A stretch of 64,000 nt of DNA from Phoronis australis (GCA_002633005.1 NMRA01000322.1:445150-509149); one strand, 5' to 3'; positions 49,614 through 62,217 are shown, counted from the stretch's first letter. The notes: generated from the sequence alone by a model not told the origin. Numbers and translations are program-made.

Positions 49614-51028
49614 CCGTATTCGCCGTAATAACCGCCCATGCCCCTATAAGCGCCCCCCCACGCGTTTTCAGACTTTGCTGGAATAAGCGCCCAGTCCATG
49701 AACGTGTACATGCGAACAATGACGTACCTTCAGTTCTAAAACTTGGCTACAGTAACGTCTTCAATTTATCAAAAAAGTTTTGCACCTGTCTTCTATACCA
49801 CCAGCGGCACTGCTACGTTTGTATTTAGCCGTGACAATACACTTCAAAGTAACACAGCGCTTCAAAAAGAACGCAACAGCGTTGCTACTTTCGCGAGGAC
49901 CATGTCCCACTATGGTCTGACCTTACAGTACACATCGACTGTCTCATGAATAAAAATAACTCAGTGTTGAACGCACGTGGCCAGAAAGCGCGCGCTACAT
50001 ATATGAACCTAGCTGTCATCAAAGACATTAGTCGGGAACTATCCATTCATGAAGCGGGTAGCATAGCATCGGTAAGAAATGAATATTGGCCCTAATTTCC
50101 TACAATTTCTAATACTATAAGACATGTTTGCGTTATTTTTTAGATGGATTGTTTGATTAACCATAATTGGTGTTTTTAAGCCGAATATCCGATAAAATGA
50201 CAACTTACAGCGAATGCTTACACACCCTTACACCGAAAAATAACTGTCAGAACAGTTACGTACGCATCCAGCTACACGGCGACTAATATCCGGGCCTTAC
50301 CGAAACAAATGTCGAAAGTTTATAGCACGAGACCGACAAGTGCTGAATGAAACACGCTCTGGTTTAGGCCTACTGCTTGTGCAAATTTCTTTAGACACAA
50401 TGCACATCTAGCTCGTTAGATTGCGTGGCTCTGGCCAAAAGACAAATGAACTCTGGTTACACGCACGCGCTCGCTTACTTGCAGACGAACTTCAAAACAA
50501 ACGTCACGTGACAACAACATGTGTGTTCGTCCAGACATTTTTCTCGCCGTGTTGCCGATCATACATATAGATGGCACGATGTTGCGCAGATTTGTACTTA
50601 AAACTGCCGTAAATCTAGACTCCACGGGAACTTAAAAAAGTCATAGGGACGCTACTTAGAAAACTTAATGAGGATTTCAGGTAATTTGCTTGAGTCGAAA
50701 CTATTTTTATTCAAGCATTGAAGTCGCCATATCCAAGACGGCGATTTTGAGGCAGTCAGTCGGCAAGTTTTCGCCCTGGGATTCCCCTGAGCACGATTTT
50801 CTGTAAAATGATCATAATTTAGCAGCTAAGTTTGATAGCAATGCACCACAGTTTTGTTGGAAGTCTTTCATAGATTACAGATACGTCAAAGAACGTAAAT
50901 TTGATGAATCTTAGCTTCCGATTTCACCCGTTTCGGAGACCGGGTTTCAACCGCCTTGGGTTATAATAAGCGCCCCCCTTAAACCGAACTTTTCTAAGCG
51001 CCCTGGGCGGTTATTACGGCGAATACGG
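49614..51028 (+). mobile_element. Non-autonomous pogo/Tigger-like (Tc1/mariner) element, 1.4 kb, copy 1
   Basis: Perfect 25-bp TIR CCGTATTCGCCGTAATAACCGCCCA, TA TSD at 49612-49613 and 51029-51030, and ATAAGCGCCC subterminal repeats. Confidence 0.9.
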
Positions 51029-51600
51029 TAACTGCCTTAGAACAAAGCGAATTATGCTTGATGTTTGGTAAAATTAGCCTAACTTGTTATAATCGTCTCT
51101 CATTAGTGCTACAAGAACAATCATTTAGATGTCATCTGGGACTTGTGGTTCCAAGCACCATGTAAGTGAATGTCATGTTTGTCATCAGATATGAAGTGAA
51201 GGAAATTAGTTGTTGTCCAGCTGGGTTATCAAATACATCAGCAAACTGAAAGCTGCAATCAAATCGCAGGCGAGTATAAACCATGTCCTGCAGTTGCCAA
51301 GATTTTGCGTTTGATCAAAAATCGATTTTAGGTACACATGGCAACGTGTGTGTTCCAAAGTTATGCCCTGCCTATTCTGTACCATGATAGGACATGATTT
51401 TAGTATACAAAAAAGCTTCAATTTTTGGTGGTTTGGCCAAATCCAAGTTGCTTATTCAAAGCGGTGTGTGAGCAACAATTCATGATCAGATAAGTGTGGT
51501 AATGTTTTTAAAACCCCATACCACTATGGTTTAGGATTCAACATTGACAACCAGGGGTAAAATGCCCCATTAATTATGAAAATTCTTTGTTTTCCCTTAC

Positions 51601-51741
51601 CCTGCTGAGTGGCATCCATCGTTGTGGATGTTGTGTTGGACGTCTCTGGTTTGTGGGCATCATTGGATAGGACATCCTTGGTTTGGGTATAATCCGGGTC
51701 CACCACGGGTCCTTTGAGTGCGTCATATCTGGCACTGAAAA
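51601..51741 (-). CDS. Nested antisense gene, probable phase-1 exon (FSARYDALKGPVVDPDYTQTKDVLSNDAHKPETSNTTSTTMDATQQ)
   Basis: AGG|gtaagg donor. The acceptor ctattactatag gives 141 nt in frame; an alternative AG giving a start at 51734 would change the phase. Confidence 0.55.
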
Positions 51742-52562
51742 CTATAGTAATAGATATGTTACAGATACTCAAATCCTTACTTAAACCCTCTAGCATCAAA
51801 TGAGGGTACTTTGGTTTTTGCCAACTTGCTGCTATAAATTGGTCTCAATTTGTTCCTTACTCGGATGAGAAGCAGGTCCTGGGTGTGTGTAAATGCTCAT
51901 CACATAAAATGACAAGTCAACATTTAGAACGGATAGTTTCAAGCAATAACAAACCGTCAGTTCTTTTGAAATCCTGAAGTGGTCTCTGGTTTGACTAAAA
52001 TAAAAAACAATTTGAGATAAATTTAACAATGGTAAGTTGTCAAAAGTTATTTTTTTGTGACGGAGGGTAAGTTTAGTTGCTGCTTTAAGATTTAGGTATC
52101 TTATTTGAGATATATTTATTTCATTTATATGGTAAAAATTCCGAATTTAGGACAGCGAAAAAATAATTATTTTGAGCCTGTCCGAAATTTTAGAATTAAG
52201 ACGTGGGAAATTCGAGAAATATGAGAAAGATGGCAAAATCAACATTGTCCAAAATCTTAGAATTTATGCAGTTCGCTGCTGACAATGTTTCGATTTGCGG
52301 CTTTAAACCGTTTGAACTGCCGCTCAGATTTTTGATGGTTATTGCTGACAAGAAATTCACACGATGTCCTCAAAAACATAAACAGCGATGTTACTGACTT
52401 TAAACGCAATTGACTTACCAAACTTTGTGATAGGAAATGTATATATATTTTTTTCATGTAACATGCTTTGACTGATTATTCGCAATATCCATCGGTGCTC
52501 AACGTCTTCATGTTAAACTGTTCGCAAACCAAGCGCAGATGACGCGACTTAACAGTGTAACC

Positions 52563-52718
52563 CTGGCGTGCGTTCAGTAACGCTAGGACCAGCGCTAGGA
52601 CCTAACTAAAATCTAGCCAAAATCATGCGTTGTCATTTAAAATACACTGTAATATCTCATGTAATCTTGCGAAATCTTGCTTTATAGCGAGGTCCTAACG
52701 TCACTGAACAGGACGCTG
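52563..52718. mobile_element. Small MITE-like inverted repeat
   Basis: GTTCAGTAACGCTAGGACC (52572) versus GGTCCTAACGTCACTGAAC (52691). Confidence 0.45.
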
Positions 52719-53607
52719 GTTTGTTTCTGGGGCAGTGTGTGCAGCATACTTATGAGTAACTTGTCAATGAAAAACAAGCCATACATTGGTCACTTCGTGT
52801 GACTTGTTGTTAAGGCTGAAAAGTTCTCTGTCCTGACTTGTGCTTGAATCTGGGAATTGATTTTTTGCTATCCATTCAGGCGTCTAAAAATACAATAAGC
52901 TATTTGGGACCACCGATCGAATACTATAGGTCACGTGTTGTGAACATCATGTGGTACGTAAGAAGATCTAATGAATTCTTATTCATATTAGGACTCTACA
53001 TAAGTGGCAGGAGTAAATATGAGGAGAAAATTAATTTCAATTGTATCACTTATACAAGGTCCAGTCGGGCATTAAGCAGTAGTTGCTGGCAACTGCGTTC
53101 AGCTGTACACCCAGTGATTGCATCTAGCGTTTTCCACAAACTGTTTTACTGTTTTGAGATATTGCGCATCTTCTTGGTAACTGCCATTCGAAAATTTATA
53201 TTAACTATAATAAAGCCCTAGGGAGCCTGAAAATAGAAATGCTGGTGCTTAACTGCTGAGCCAGAGAGTTGCCCTAGTCACCCATGACCTTTGAAATTTA
53301 AGTTCAAAAGGATATAGAAAATTGTCTGTCACCCCGATGCCAAGGCTTTTTCTTTTTCTTTTGTCGCTAACATTTATTTGCCCAAATCAGGAATACGAGT
53401 GACAAATTGTGTCGCCACTGGGATTTTTGAATGAACTTTATATCAGCTATGTGGAGTGCTGCATATTGTATCATTGTGATGATTTTTAAGATTACATTCA
53501 TATATTTGGTCTGTATTGTCAGGTGGACTTTTAGTGCTGAAAAGTTTGTAATTTGTCTTATCGAATATTTGAGTAAGGTAGCAGTCAACAGAACAAGAAA
53601 ATCTCAC

Positions 53608-53664
53608 CCCCATCGCTGTTTGTAACCATAAGCCCAACCAGAGCAGTATGTGGGTATTCAGCAT
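53608..53664 (-). CDS. Nested antisense gene, 57-nt phase-1 exon (DAEYPHTALVGLMVTNSDG)
   Basis: taattgtag acceptor and GGG|gtgaga donor. Paralogue of 57762-57818. Confidence 0.6.
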
Positions 53665-53730
53665 CTACAATTAAAAAGACAATGTATTAAAAGTCACCTA
53701 TGAAGAATTTTGTGATTGGTTATCAATTTA

Positions 53731-54200
53731 CCGTATTCGCCGTAGTAACCGCCCATGCCCCTATAAGCGCCCCCCACGCATTTTCGGACTTTGCTAAAAT
53801 AAGCACCCAGTCCATGAACGTGTACGTGCGAAAAATCCTTACCTACAGTGTCCTAAAATTTTACAGTAACATCATCAATTTATCAGTAATATCCGACAGT
53901 CCTGAAAAAATCATTGTGAGCAGAATTTGTAGACCACGAGCCTCGCCGCTATGTCGGTATTTAGCCGTGACAATGTACTTCAAACTTCTGCCATGCCTCA
54001 AAATGAAAACACAAAAGTTTTGCTGATCTTGCGAGGACCAATGGTCTGGCTTTTCAGAACAGAAGTAGTGTACTTGTCTACGGGATTGCTTTGTAGATAT
54101 TTCCCAAATTTCTTTGTAGGTCTACAAGTGAAAATCGCGAATCGAAGACTAATAAAAAGCTTGGCCAGTGTTAAAAGCACGTGGCGAGGAAAAGCGCCTA
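53731..54200 (+). mobile_element. Pogo-like element copy 2, left third only
   Basis: TA|CCGTATTCGCCGTAGTAACCGCCCA start. Collinear with copies 1 and 3 until about 54200. Confidence 0.85.
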
Positions 54201-54546
54201 GTTCTTACCGTATAAAAACGTGTTGTTTTATTTCGCTGTTACGGATTTACTTGTATTTGGACACACCGTAGCCTACAAAGTTCGGCAGGCCAATAAGGTC
54301 CGTAGCAGGAGTTGGGGGTCTGTTCGGAGATAAATTCGATGTATTCTTCCGTGAAATACAGACAGGAGAACCTAGATCTGTGTTGTTTATACTGTGCTAA
54401 ACATACAAAACGCGTGTTATCCTGGCCAGTGGCGCGGAACCCGATCACAGGCCCGTCACGGCCGGACTGACTCGTTATCCCGGCCAGTGGCTCGGAACCC
54501 GATCAGGCCCGCCCGGCACGAACATAACCAGCTTGAATTGGAAACT

Positions 54547-55039
54547 CAGGGCTTGGAATTTTCCGCGGAAACACAGATTTCCGCTTTTTTCAAATGTTCT
54601 GTCGGCGTATTTTATTATATTTCTGCGTAAAAAATCAGATTTGATATAAAATTTCTGCGGCAAATTTCTTTCTTACTGCGGCGTTGCCAGTGACTTTCAC
54701 CTCGAAAAGCGGAAGTTGCTCTTTATGTTTTGGAGGAACGTAAATTGTCAACATTCCTGGGGCACCTGGGAAAGCGTGGTGGATTTCTTCAGTGGCGTCT
54801 CATGAGATTGTAAATCGCGGTGACAAATACTGCGACTCTGCAGCCAAAAATGTGTGGAGGTGGGAGTGGACAGACGAGCTAAAAAGACGCAGACGCATGC
54901 TTCTGGAGGTGGTACCTTTTTTAGTCCTCCCGATTTTTGTCGGCAGAAGGTCCACATCGCCATTTTCAAGGCTGGGTTCGCGCATGTTTGGGGCCGTAAA
55001 AAATTCTGCTTTCTTTGTCATGGGTCATTCCAAGCCCTG
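54547..55039 (+). mobile_element. Non-autonomous hAT-like element with 6-bp TSD (hAT6-like)
   Basis: 13-bp TIR CAGGGCTTGGAAT / ATTCCAAGCCCTG; TSD GAAACT at 54541-54546 and 55040-55045. Internal frameshifted remnant KNVWRWEW...DFCR.KV. Confidence 0.8.
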
Positions 55040-56283
55040 GAAACTAAACCTCCAATCACGAAAAGACTAATAATGAGACAAAGAAATAATGTGCACGTAA
55101 TTATTGATGTGAATTAGCCACGAAACTGAAAATCTACTTACTTGTGGGGGACCGCGAAGTCGGGTTCCCCTTCCACAGACCGTCGGGGCAAAGGTTGTAC
55201 AGTAACAATGATTTGAATAATGTATTTGTATTTTTGTATTTTTAAATAAAGATTCCCCTAACATTTGACAATAGCGTATGAAGTCGAGTAATTGTTTCAC
55301 AACAGCTTTCTGTCAGCAAACACTGAATTAGCATGCGCTCACACGGCCTCGGTGCCTGGTCAATTACCTTTGTTACAGGCATCAAAAGCTGGTAATGGTT
55401 TATTCATCGCTGGCTTCTCAAAACATTTGCACTCACGAGCACTCCAAGGCATTACAAATTGTATCTAATGAGACAGACTTTGTTTCAGTTTCATATAAGC
55501 ATTGGTTAGCCAGATCATTTTAGGATGAGAATAATTCATTTTGAAACAAAATGCAGAATAATAAACGTCTACATGGCAACTCGCCCGGCGCCAATCCCGA
55601 CTTAGTCAAGAGCTCATCCGACGAAGACTTCACGGGTCGGATCGTTAGGTTTCACAGGCTATCAGTTCGAACCGGAATACACTGATCAAGAAATACTAGA
55701 GAGGCGCCGTGAACATGCATAGGCAACGGAACGTATGGATAGTTCTTTGGTAAGCCGGAATTCGTCAGAGAAATCGCTGTCGACGAAATGCCGGCCACAG
55801 ACACGGAGATGTTTCACGGCCTCCTACTTGCTATTAACAGCATACCTTTCATTCTTCACTACCGCGAGCCACTTCCTAAGCATTTCGGGCTCTTGAGGAA
55901 GTCGATAGAACGATATAGCCGCTTTCTTCGCACCTTCATAGTTTGGACAAGCGGGAACCAATGCACCGTAATATAGCGGCATTCACTCTGCAGACGAACC
56001 ACTGACGTCGCTGCGTCGCTTCTCACCTTCCTCCCAGGTTAACGCGACACCTTTCTGCAAGGTGAGGCCGACCATGTAAGAGGCGATATGGATATAGACC
56101 GATTAAGACGGTAAAAAAGACTAATTAAATTGGGTGGCATTCTACTTCATGTAACATTTTCTTTAAAATCCATGATGATCACCTAATGTTTGCACAAAAG
56201 CAGTATCCAAGTGTGTATTGTGGAGGGCTTGGAATTTTCCTGTTTTAAGAGGATTTGTCTTTTTTGGTTTTGATTTCTTTTTG

Positions 56284-57709
56284 CCGTATTCGCCCTAATA
56301 AGCGCCCAGGACGCTTGGAAAAATTTGTTTCTAAGGCTATTGAAACCTGATCTCGGAAACGGGTCAAATCGGAAGTTAGGATTCATCAAATTTAGACTGT
56401 GTGACGTCTCTGTAACCCATGACAGACTTTCTACAAAAATGTGTATTGCTATCAAACTTCGTTGTTAACTATCATTTTTCAGAAAATTGTTGAAATGCCA
56501 GGGCGAAAACTGGCCGACTGATGTGCCGCTGCCTGGCGATCATCAATAGGGCAACTTGAATTCTTGAATAAAAATACAGTTTCGACTCAAAAAATACCTG
56601 AAATTGTCCTTAAGTTTTCAGTATAGTGTCCCTAAATTTTTTAAAGATTCCTGTGAAGTGGAGATTAACTGCAGATTAAGTCCAAATCTGTGCTAGATCT
56701 TACCACGCAACATGAAAAAAATCTGTGGACGAAGAAACATGTTGTCACGTGATGTTCGTTTTAACGTTCCTCTGCATATGTATTAATTAGCGAGCTTGTG
56801 CGCGTCATCAGAGTTCATTTGCCAGAGTTAACGCAATGTACCGATCTAGGTGTGCATTGTTACTAAAGAAATTAAGTTGAGCAATAAAGTAGAACGTGTT
56901 TTACCTTTAGCACTTGCTGGTCTCATCTACTAGAAAACGTTCGAGAATTGTCTCGTTAAGGCCGATATTAAAAGTCATTGAGTGGCCGGTTGACTGGATG
57001 TGCGACAGTCTAACAGTTGTTTTCTTAGAGATTCAGGGTGCAAGGGTGTTGAAGTGTTCACTATCAGCAGGTCATTTTGACTTTAAAAACATCAATTAGG
57101 ATTAAATAAATAATTCCTCTTTAAAAGAACGCAGTTTTTTTACAGTATAAGAAACTTCCGGAAATTAGTGCCAATATTTATTTCTTGCCGAAGCTATGCT
57201 ATCCGTTTCATGAATAGATAGTTCCTTAAAACTAATGTCATTGCTAATTAGGTATGTAGCGCGAGTTTCCTGGCCACGTGCTTTTACACTGGTCAAGTTT
57301 TTTATTACCGGTAGTCTTCGGTTTGCGGTTTTCAAGTGTACAAAGAAATTTGGATTCCTGTTGAGTGAGGAGATATGTATGGGAATGTTGCGCCTGTTCT
57401 GAAAAGCAAGACCGTAGTGAGACACGTTCGTTGCAAGATAGCAAAACTTCTGCGAAAGATTGAAGACCATAGTTGCGGCTAAGTACCGACAGCAGTGAGG
57501 CTCGTGGTCTACAAATTCCATGCACATTGATATTTTCGAGACTGTCCGATCTTATTGATAAATTAAAGACGTAACTGTAAAATTTTAGAACTGTAGGTAA
57601 GGCATTTTTCGCATGTACAAGTTTTTGAGCTGGACGCTTATTTTAACGAAATCTGAAAACGCATGGGTGGCGCTTATAAGGGCATGGGCCCTTATTAGGG
57701 CAAATATGG
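56284..57709 (-). mobile_element. Pogo-like element copy 3, full length, inverted
   Basis: Ends CCGTATTCGCCCTAATAAGCGCCCAGG and ...CTTATTAGGGCAAATATGG|TA. Reverse-complement similarity to 49614-51028 throughout. Confidence 0.85.
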
Positions 57710-57761
57710 TACCCCACTCAGCAAGTATGGTAGCAGTGAACAGAACCACAATGTCACTCAC

Positions 57762-57818
57762 CCCCATCTCTGTTTGTAACCATATGCCCAGCCAGAGCAG
57801 TCTGTGGGTATTCAGCAT
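57762..57818 (-). CDS. Nested antisense gene, 57-nt phase-1 exon (DAEYPQTALAGHMVTNRDG)
   Basis: taattgtag acceptor and GGG|gtgagt donor; open. Confidence 0.6.
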
Positions 57819-59223
57819 CTACAATTAAAAAGTCAAAATTTAAAGTCACCTTTGAGGAATTTTGTGATTGGTTATCAGTGTGTCTGAAATGTCTACCGTG
57901 AATGCTGAACAGATGTCCTTTCTGGTTTACTCTAATAGTACTGAGCTCGATTTTATGCAAGGACAGAGTAGGTTGACACATGCTCTTCAGGTAATAACTA
58001 GGTTACCAAGGATCGGATTTCTTAAGTAAGTTGATGATCACCTAACGTGCACAAAAGCAATGTCCATGTGAGTATTCTGCAGGGCTTGGAATTTTCCTCT
58101 TTTAAGATGATTTCCTCTTTTTGGTTTTGATTTCCTCCCCAGGGCAATTAGAAAATTTTTTATTTGATCTCCAGCTTCCTCTTCTTAGTCTCTTTTTATC
58201 ATTATTTTGACTTTATTCATGCAAAAACGTTGATTTCAACGCAAAAATGTCTATCACACAGGCCTATACTTTGCCTGGAAAAATTTTCTTCTTTTTTACC
58301 ATGATGATATTGCATGTCATCTACTCGCTGCAAACCATGCCGTCCTTTGTCCATGTCTTTAAATAGTCATGCTTGGACTTTGTGTTCAGTTCAGGACGAG
58401 TGCCTCAGCTCATCATTAATTTACTCTATTTTATCTTATTAGTTCATCTGATTATACATATTAACTAATTTTTATATAACTAATTAATTTTATTTGTTTA
58501 TTTATCTTTTAAGTCTAATTGCACATAGCTATCTGTATTTCACTTCCTGTAACTTTTCGACTGAGCCCACTTGAAAGTCTGTGTATTGACTAAAGTGGCC
58601 GATTTTTTTGGGCACATGGCGACCTGTGCCCCTAAGTTATGCCCTGCATAATATTCCATTCCATGGTAGGACTTGATTTTAGTATATTCTTGAACAACAA
58701 AACTAGCTGTTTAAGAAAATGCTCCAATTTTGGAGTTTAGCCAATCGTAAAATTTCTTATTCAAAAACACTACATGAGCATTATGCCTGTGACTACAGTT
58801 GCTGCTCATTGGGCAACAATTCATGATTGGATTAGTGTGGTAATGTAACTGTATACCACTGTGGTTTAGAATTCAACATCCACAACTCAGAAGAGAAGCA
58901 GTATGTGAGTTTGTGAAAATGCTCATAGCATAAAATGACATGTTGTGAAAAGTCAACTTGTAGAATGTTAATAGAACTTTTCATAGTATTCACTGAGGTG
59001 GTCACCCAGTATTTAAATGAAGTTCATATAAATAAATAGATAAAATGTCCTTAGTCTTTACTTTTGTAGAGAAATTTAACAAAATAAAATTTTAACTTGT
59101 TGGCCATATTATGTTCTAAATACGTGGAATAACGATATTACCATTTCTCATTTAACAGATTTATCTTTAATTCAAGTGTGCTTTTTTGAGAAGTTTCATT
59201 GATAAAATGAACTCCTGTGGCCG

Positions 59224-59520
59224 GTTGCATGAAACAGTCCTAAATAGGGACTCAACTAAGGTCCCTAAGTCTTTTTGCGTATTTGTGTTTTTATGGACTC
59301 ACAGATGCAATAATTTTCTATCATTTCATCTTTATTATGAGCTCCTCTTTGCTTAATGACATTTCCTAAATAAGTAATATAACTAAAAACTTTGAAAATA
59401 AATAGGGACTCAGTCCTTAAATTGGGGGTGTTGCATGAAAAGATCCTTAATTATTTTCGAAAATACATAGTAGATTTAGGGAACTTGGTTGAGTCCCTAT
59501 TTGGGACTGTTTCATGGAAC
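59224..59520. mobile_element. MITE with about 45-bp inverted arms
   Basis: GTTGCATGAAACAGTCC.AAATAGGGACTCAAC and its reverse complement at 59476-59520. No TSD confirmed. Confidence 0.6.
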
Positions 59521-59991
59521 TATGCTCTGTTGTTCCCCTCGTAGTTTCATTGCGCTCTTCACTTGTGAACAAAAGTCTCGTTTAGACATCAACTTTTGGC
59601 CCGGCGCAACTGACACGGAGCAAACTGACCGGTGTCAAGCGGCCGTTTACACACACAACTCTTTAACCGAGGCAAGACGGAAATTAAAGGCTGGAGCGAC
59701 TGGATCGCACATGCGCAGGTTTACAAATGGCAAGAGTTGCAGAGACAAAGAACTCGTACGTAGGTCATTGCACAAGCGCAGTAGAGAGGATCCTTTTTGC
59801 CTTGCTCCAGTTTCGCGCCTAGACTTATAATTGACACAGCACAAGATGTTCGGACGGAAATTGCTCTACCTCACAAACGGGTGGCGAAAATTTGTCACCG
59901 CGGTGTCAATTTTCTCCGTGTCAACTTGTTCCGTGTCAGCTATCCGTGTCAACTTTGTAAGTGTAAACAGCACTAAAGTTCCACACTGTAC

Positions 59992-60141
59992 CTTGTTCTG
60001 CAAAGATCCCAGTAATGGAGTTGACCTTGGTTTGTCCTTGGGAGTCGTTTTTCTCCTCTGGGGCAAAACCTGTTGTGTCTTGTGGAGACTTCTGGTAGAC
60101 ATTTGCTGTAGCCTCAGGGCGTTCAACAGTTGGTGTTTGTG
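59992..60141 (-). CDS. Nested antisense gene, phase-1 exon (QTPTVERPEATANVYQKSPQDTTGFAPEEKNDSQGQTKVNSITGIFAEQ)
   Basis: attacag acceptor and AAG|gtacag donor; 150 nt, open in phase 1. Confidence 0.6.
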
Positions 60142-60664
60142 CTGTAATTGAACAGTTGTATGTTATTGGATGTTATTGTCTTTTAATCCAAGAAACAATT
60201 GGCAATTAGCTAAAACCCTCAATTAAAGCGTTGTCCGAACAGGCCTAGAACATAAGTTACTCATGGAATGAGTTGTTGCTAGGTTGGAGGGTGCCCGGAC
60301 GCTATGTAAACTTTAGGTGTCCCACTTGTGCCAACTTACTCCACCTTATCGAGCAAAGTTAACTTGTTCTAGGGTAACTTGTGTCACCTGTAATCTCTGT
60401 GTCGCCGCAATTAATCCTGATGCGAGGCGGAAGTAATTATTACCTGCGGGCTTGAGGAGTTTATAATACATTAATATAGATCTCAGTTTCTTTTCACTCT
60501 GTATTCTGTACATTTTATTTGCTGAGCAACAACTTCTGCCTTGCGCTAGTTATCGGATGTGTGTGCGTGCAGTTATGTGTATTCGAGTGTCTTCTTTCTC
60601 ACATCATGACAAGTATTTGTGTCATGTCACATTGTTGGATGTGCTGTGTGGACAGTTCTGCTGA

Positions 60665-61837
60665 TAGCTCACTTGCGAGTTTCTCGCTAGTCACTGTGAC
60701 GTCACCGGAAAGGGGGCAAAACCCGCCATATTGCTCTTGTTTTGCCCCGAGTCTTTGCTACACACGCTAAAACTTACTGGAGTTCTTATGGTGAATTTTA
60801 CGCTTAAAACGTTAAAACAACTTAAGATATGGTAGATGGGTCGTGGAATAAATGTGAATAGACGAAGAAAATGTGACCTTGTTATGTTGTGCGAAGCTGT
60901 GAACGGACTGAAATTGGAACTTAACCCGCTCTAGGCATGAATGGCGCAGGCATACAGGGGCGATAGTGTATCCCCATAAAAAGATATTCACTTCAAAATA
61001 CAGCAAATAAAATCAAATGAAACATGCATATGTGCACATGAAGTTATAATTAACACATACCCTGACTCTGGACACAATTTAGTCTACAAATAACTTGAGC
61101 ATATTCAGAAAAACCTCGCGGTTGTCTCGAGTTTCTCTCACTAAAGAGCCGCCATTTTGAGGAAGTTGCGTGAAATCACGCCTGTTGACGAACAAAAAGT
61201 CCAAGGGACACAAATCTTGCAAATTTCACTTGATATTTCTCATGCTATTTGCAAGTGTCACGCGCCAGGTCACGCGCCAGATCTCGCGCTTCGCTCAGTC
61301 TCGCGCTAGCCTTTGCCTCATACTCACCTGACTCAGTTGAAATACTTGATTGTGGTAATCGCGCGCGCGGACAAAGTTAACAGTAACCACAAAGTGGAGT
61401 TGGAATTCTTCGCCTAAGTCACCTGAATTCCCGTATATATGCTTCATCGAAGATATGTATAGAAGCAGAAAGAGTCACTGAAGAAAGTAAGAGCCTTTTA
61501 GGTGCTAATTTTAGGTGTAGAATGTATTTTCGACGAGGTGAAAACTTTACCAGTGAGCGGATTTCGCCTTCCGCCCGTTTAAAATACACGGGACGAAATT
61601 AGTACAGAACGCGATAGAACGTATTGTAGTGCGAATCTGAAGTTCATTTGCCATAACAGCAATGCTTTTGGGCATTTTTCGAACTAAACGGCTAAAAACT
61701 CGAAGACAATGACAGAATACACTCTGCTACCGTACTGGGCAAATGACCAAACGACAAGCTTTTGCCCCACTTCCCGTGACGTCACAGTTAAGTCTCACAT
61801 AATCTCGCGTTATTGTTATAAACTCGCAAAAGGCCTA
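60665..61837. mobile_element. TAG..CTA inverted-repeat element with a CpG-rich promoter-like core
   Basis: Left end TAG.....TTGCGAGTTT...CTGTGACGTCAC.GGAA..GGGCAAAA is mirrored at 61760-61837. No TSD found. Confidence 0.55.
61061..61490. promoter_or_regulatory. Candidate bidirectional promoter with divergent non-coding first exons
   Basis: YY1-like AAAATGGCGGC (minus strand, about 61148-61158), TCTCGCG twice, GCGCGCGCGG. Minus-strand donor AGG|gtatgt at 61060 and plus-strand donor AAA|gtaaga at 61487. Confidence 0.45.
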
Positions 61838-62217
61838 TTGGATGCAAATGCCCTTGAGCAAGATGTACTAGGGTAACTCCTAGTATGGACTTTCTCAGTT
61901 ATTGTAGTAGGGTGTGGTCTGTCCGCTTGAGTTTATGGTTCAAATACAACAGGTTTTCAATGTAGAGATTTTGACTTTATGGTTCTGTACGTAATGACTT
62001 ACCTGCTGATCAACTGAATATTGCAGTAGTTTTTTTGTGTCACTACACTTGTTTAGAGTAAGGCCCTGTAGGATGTTCAAATCTTGAGTGCATAAAAACA
62101 TGGTCACATCAATACAAGTGAAACTCATTTAAACGTTTATCGTGGGCATTTAGGCAAATGTGGGCATAGACCTTAACGGATACATTAGTAATAAAATCAA
62201 TTAATAAATTAATCTAC

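Noticed and set aside
49453-49828. ORFs with YTYT/YIYI/VYVY runs
   Set aside because: Translations of the (TATATG)n microsatellite plus the TE end.
52784-52882. Additional nested-gene exons here and near 62003-62082, 62420-62471, 58041-58400 and 47000-47340
   Set aside because: Splice-like boundaries exist, but the phase-1 frame has stops or the phases do not fit the chain; left uncalled, possibly decayed.
54416-54520. CRISPR-like repeat-spacer array (also considered at 6141-6500 and 26250-26900)
   Set aside because: Units are degenerate along their whole length, with no identical repeats separated by unique spacers, no cas genes, and a eukaryotic context.
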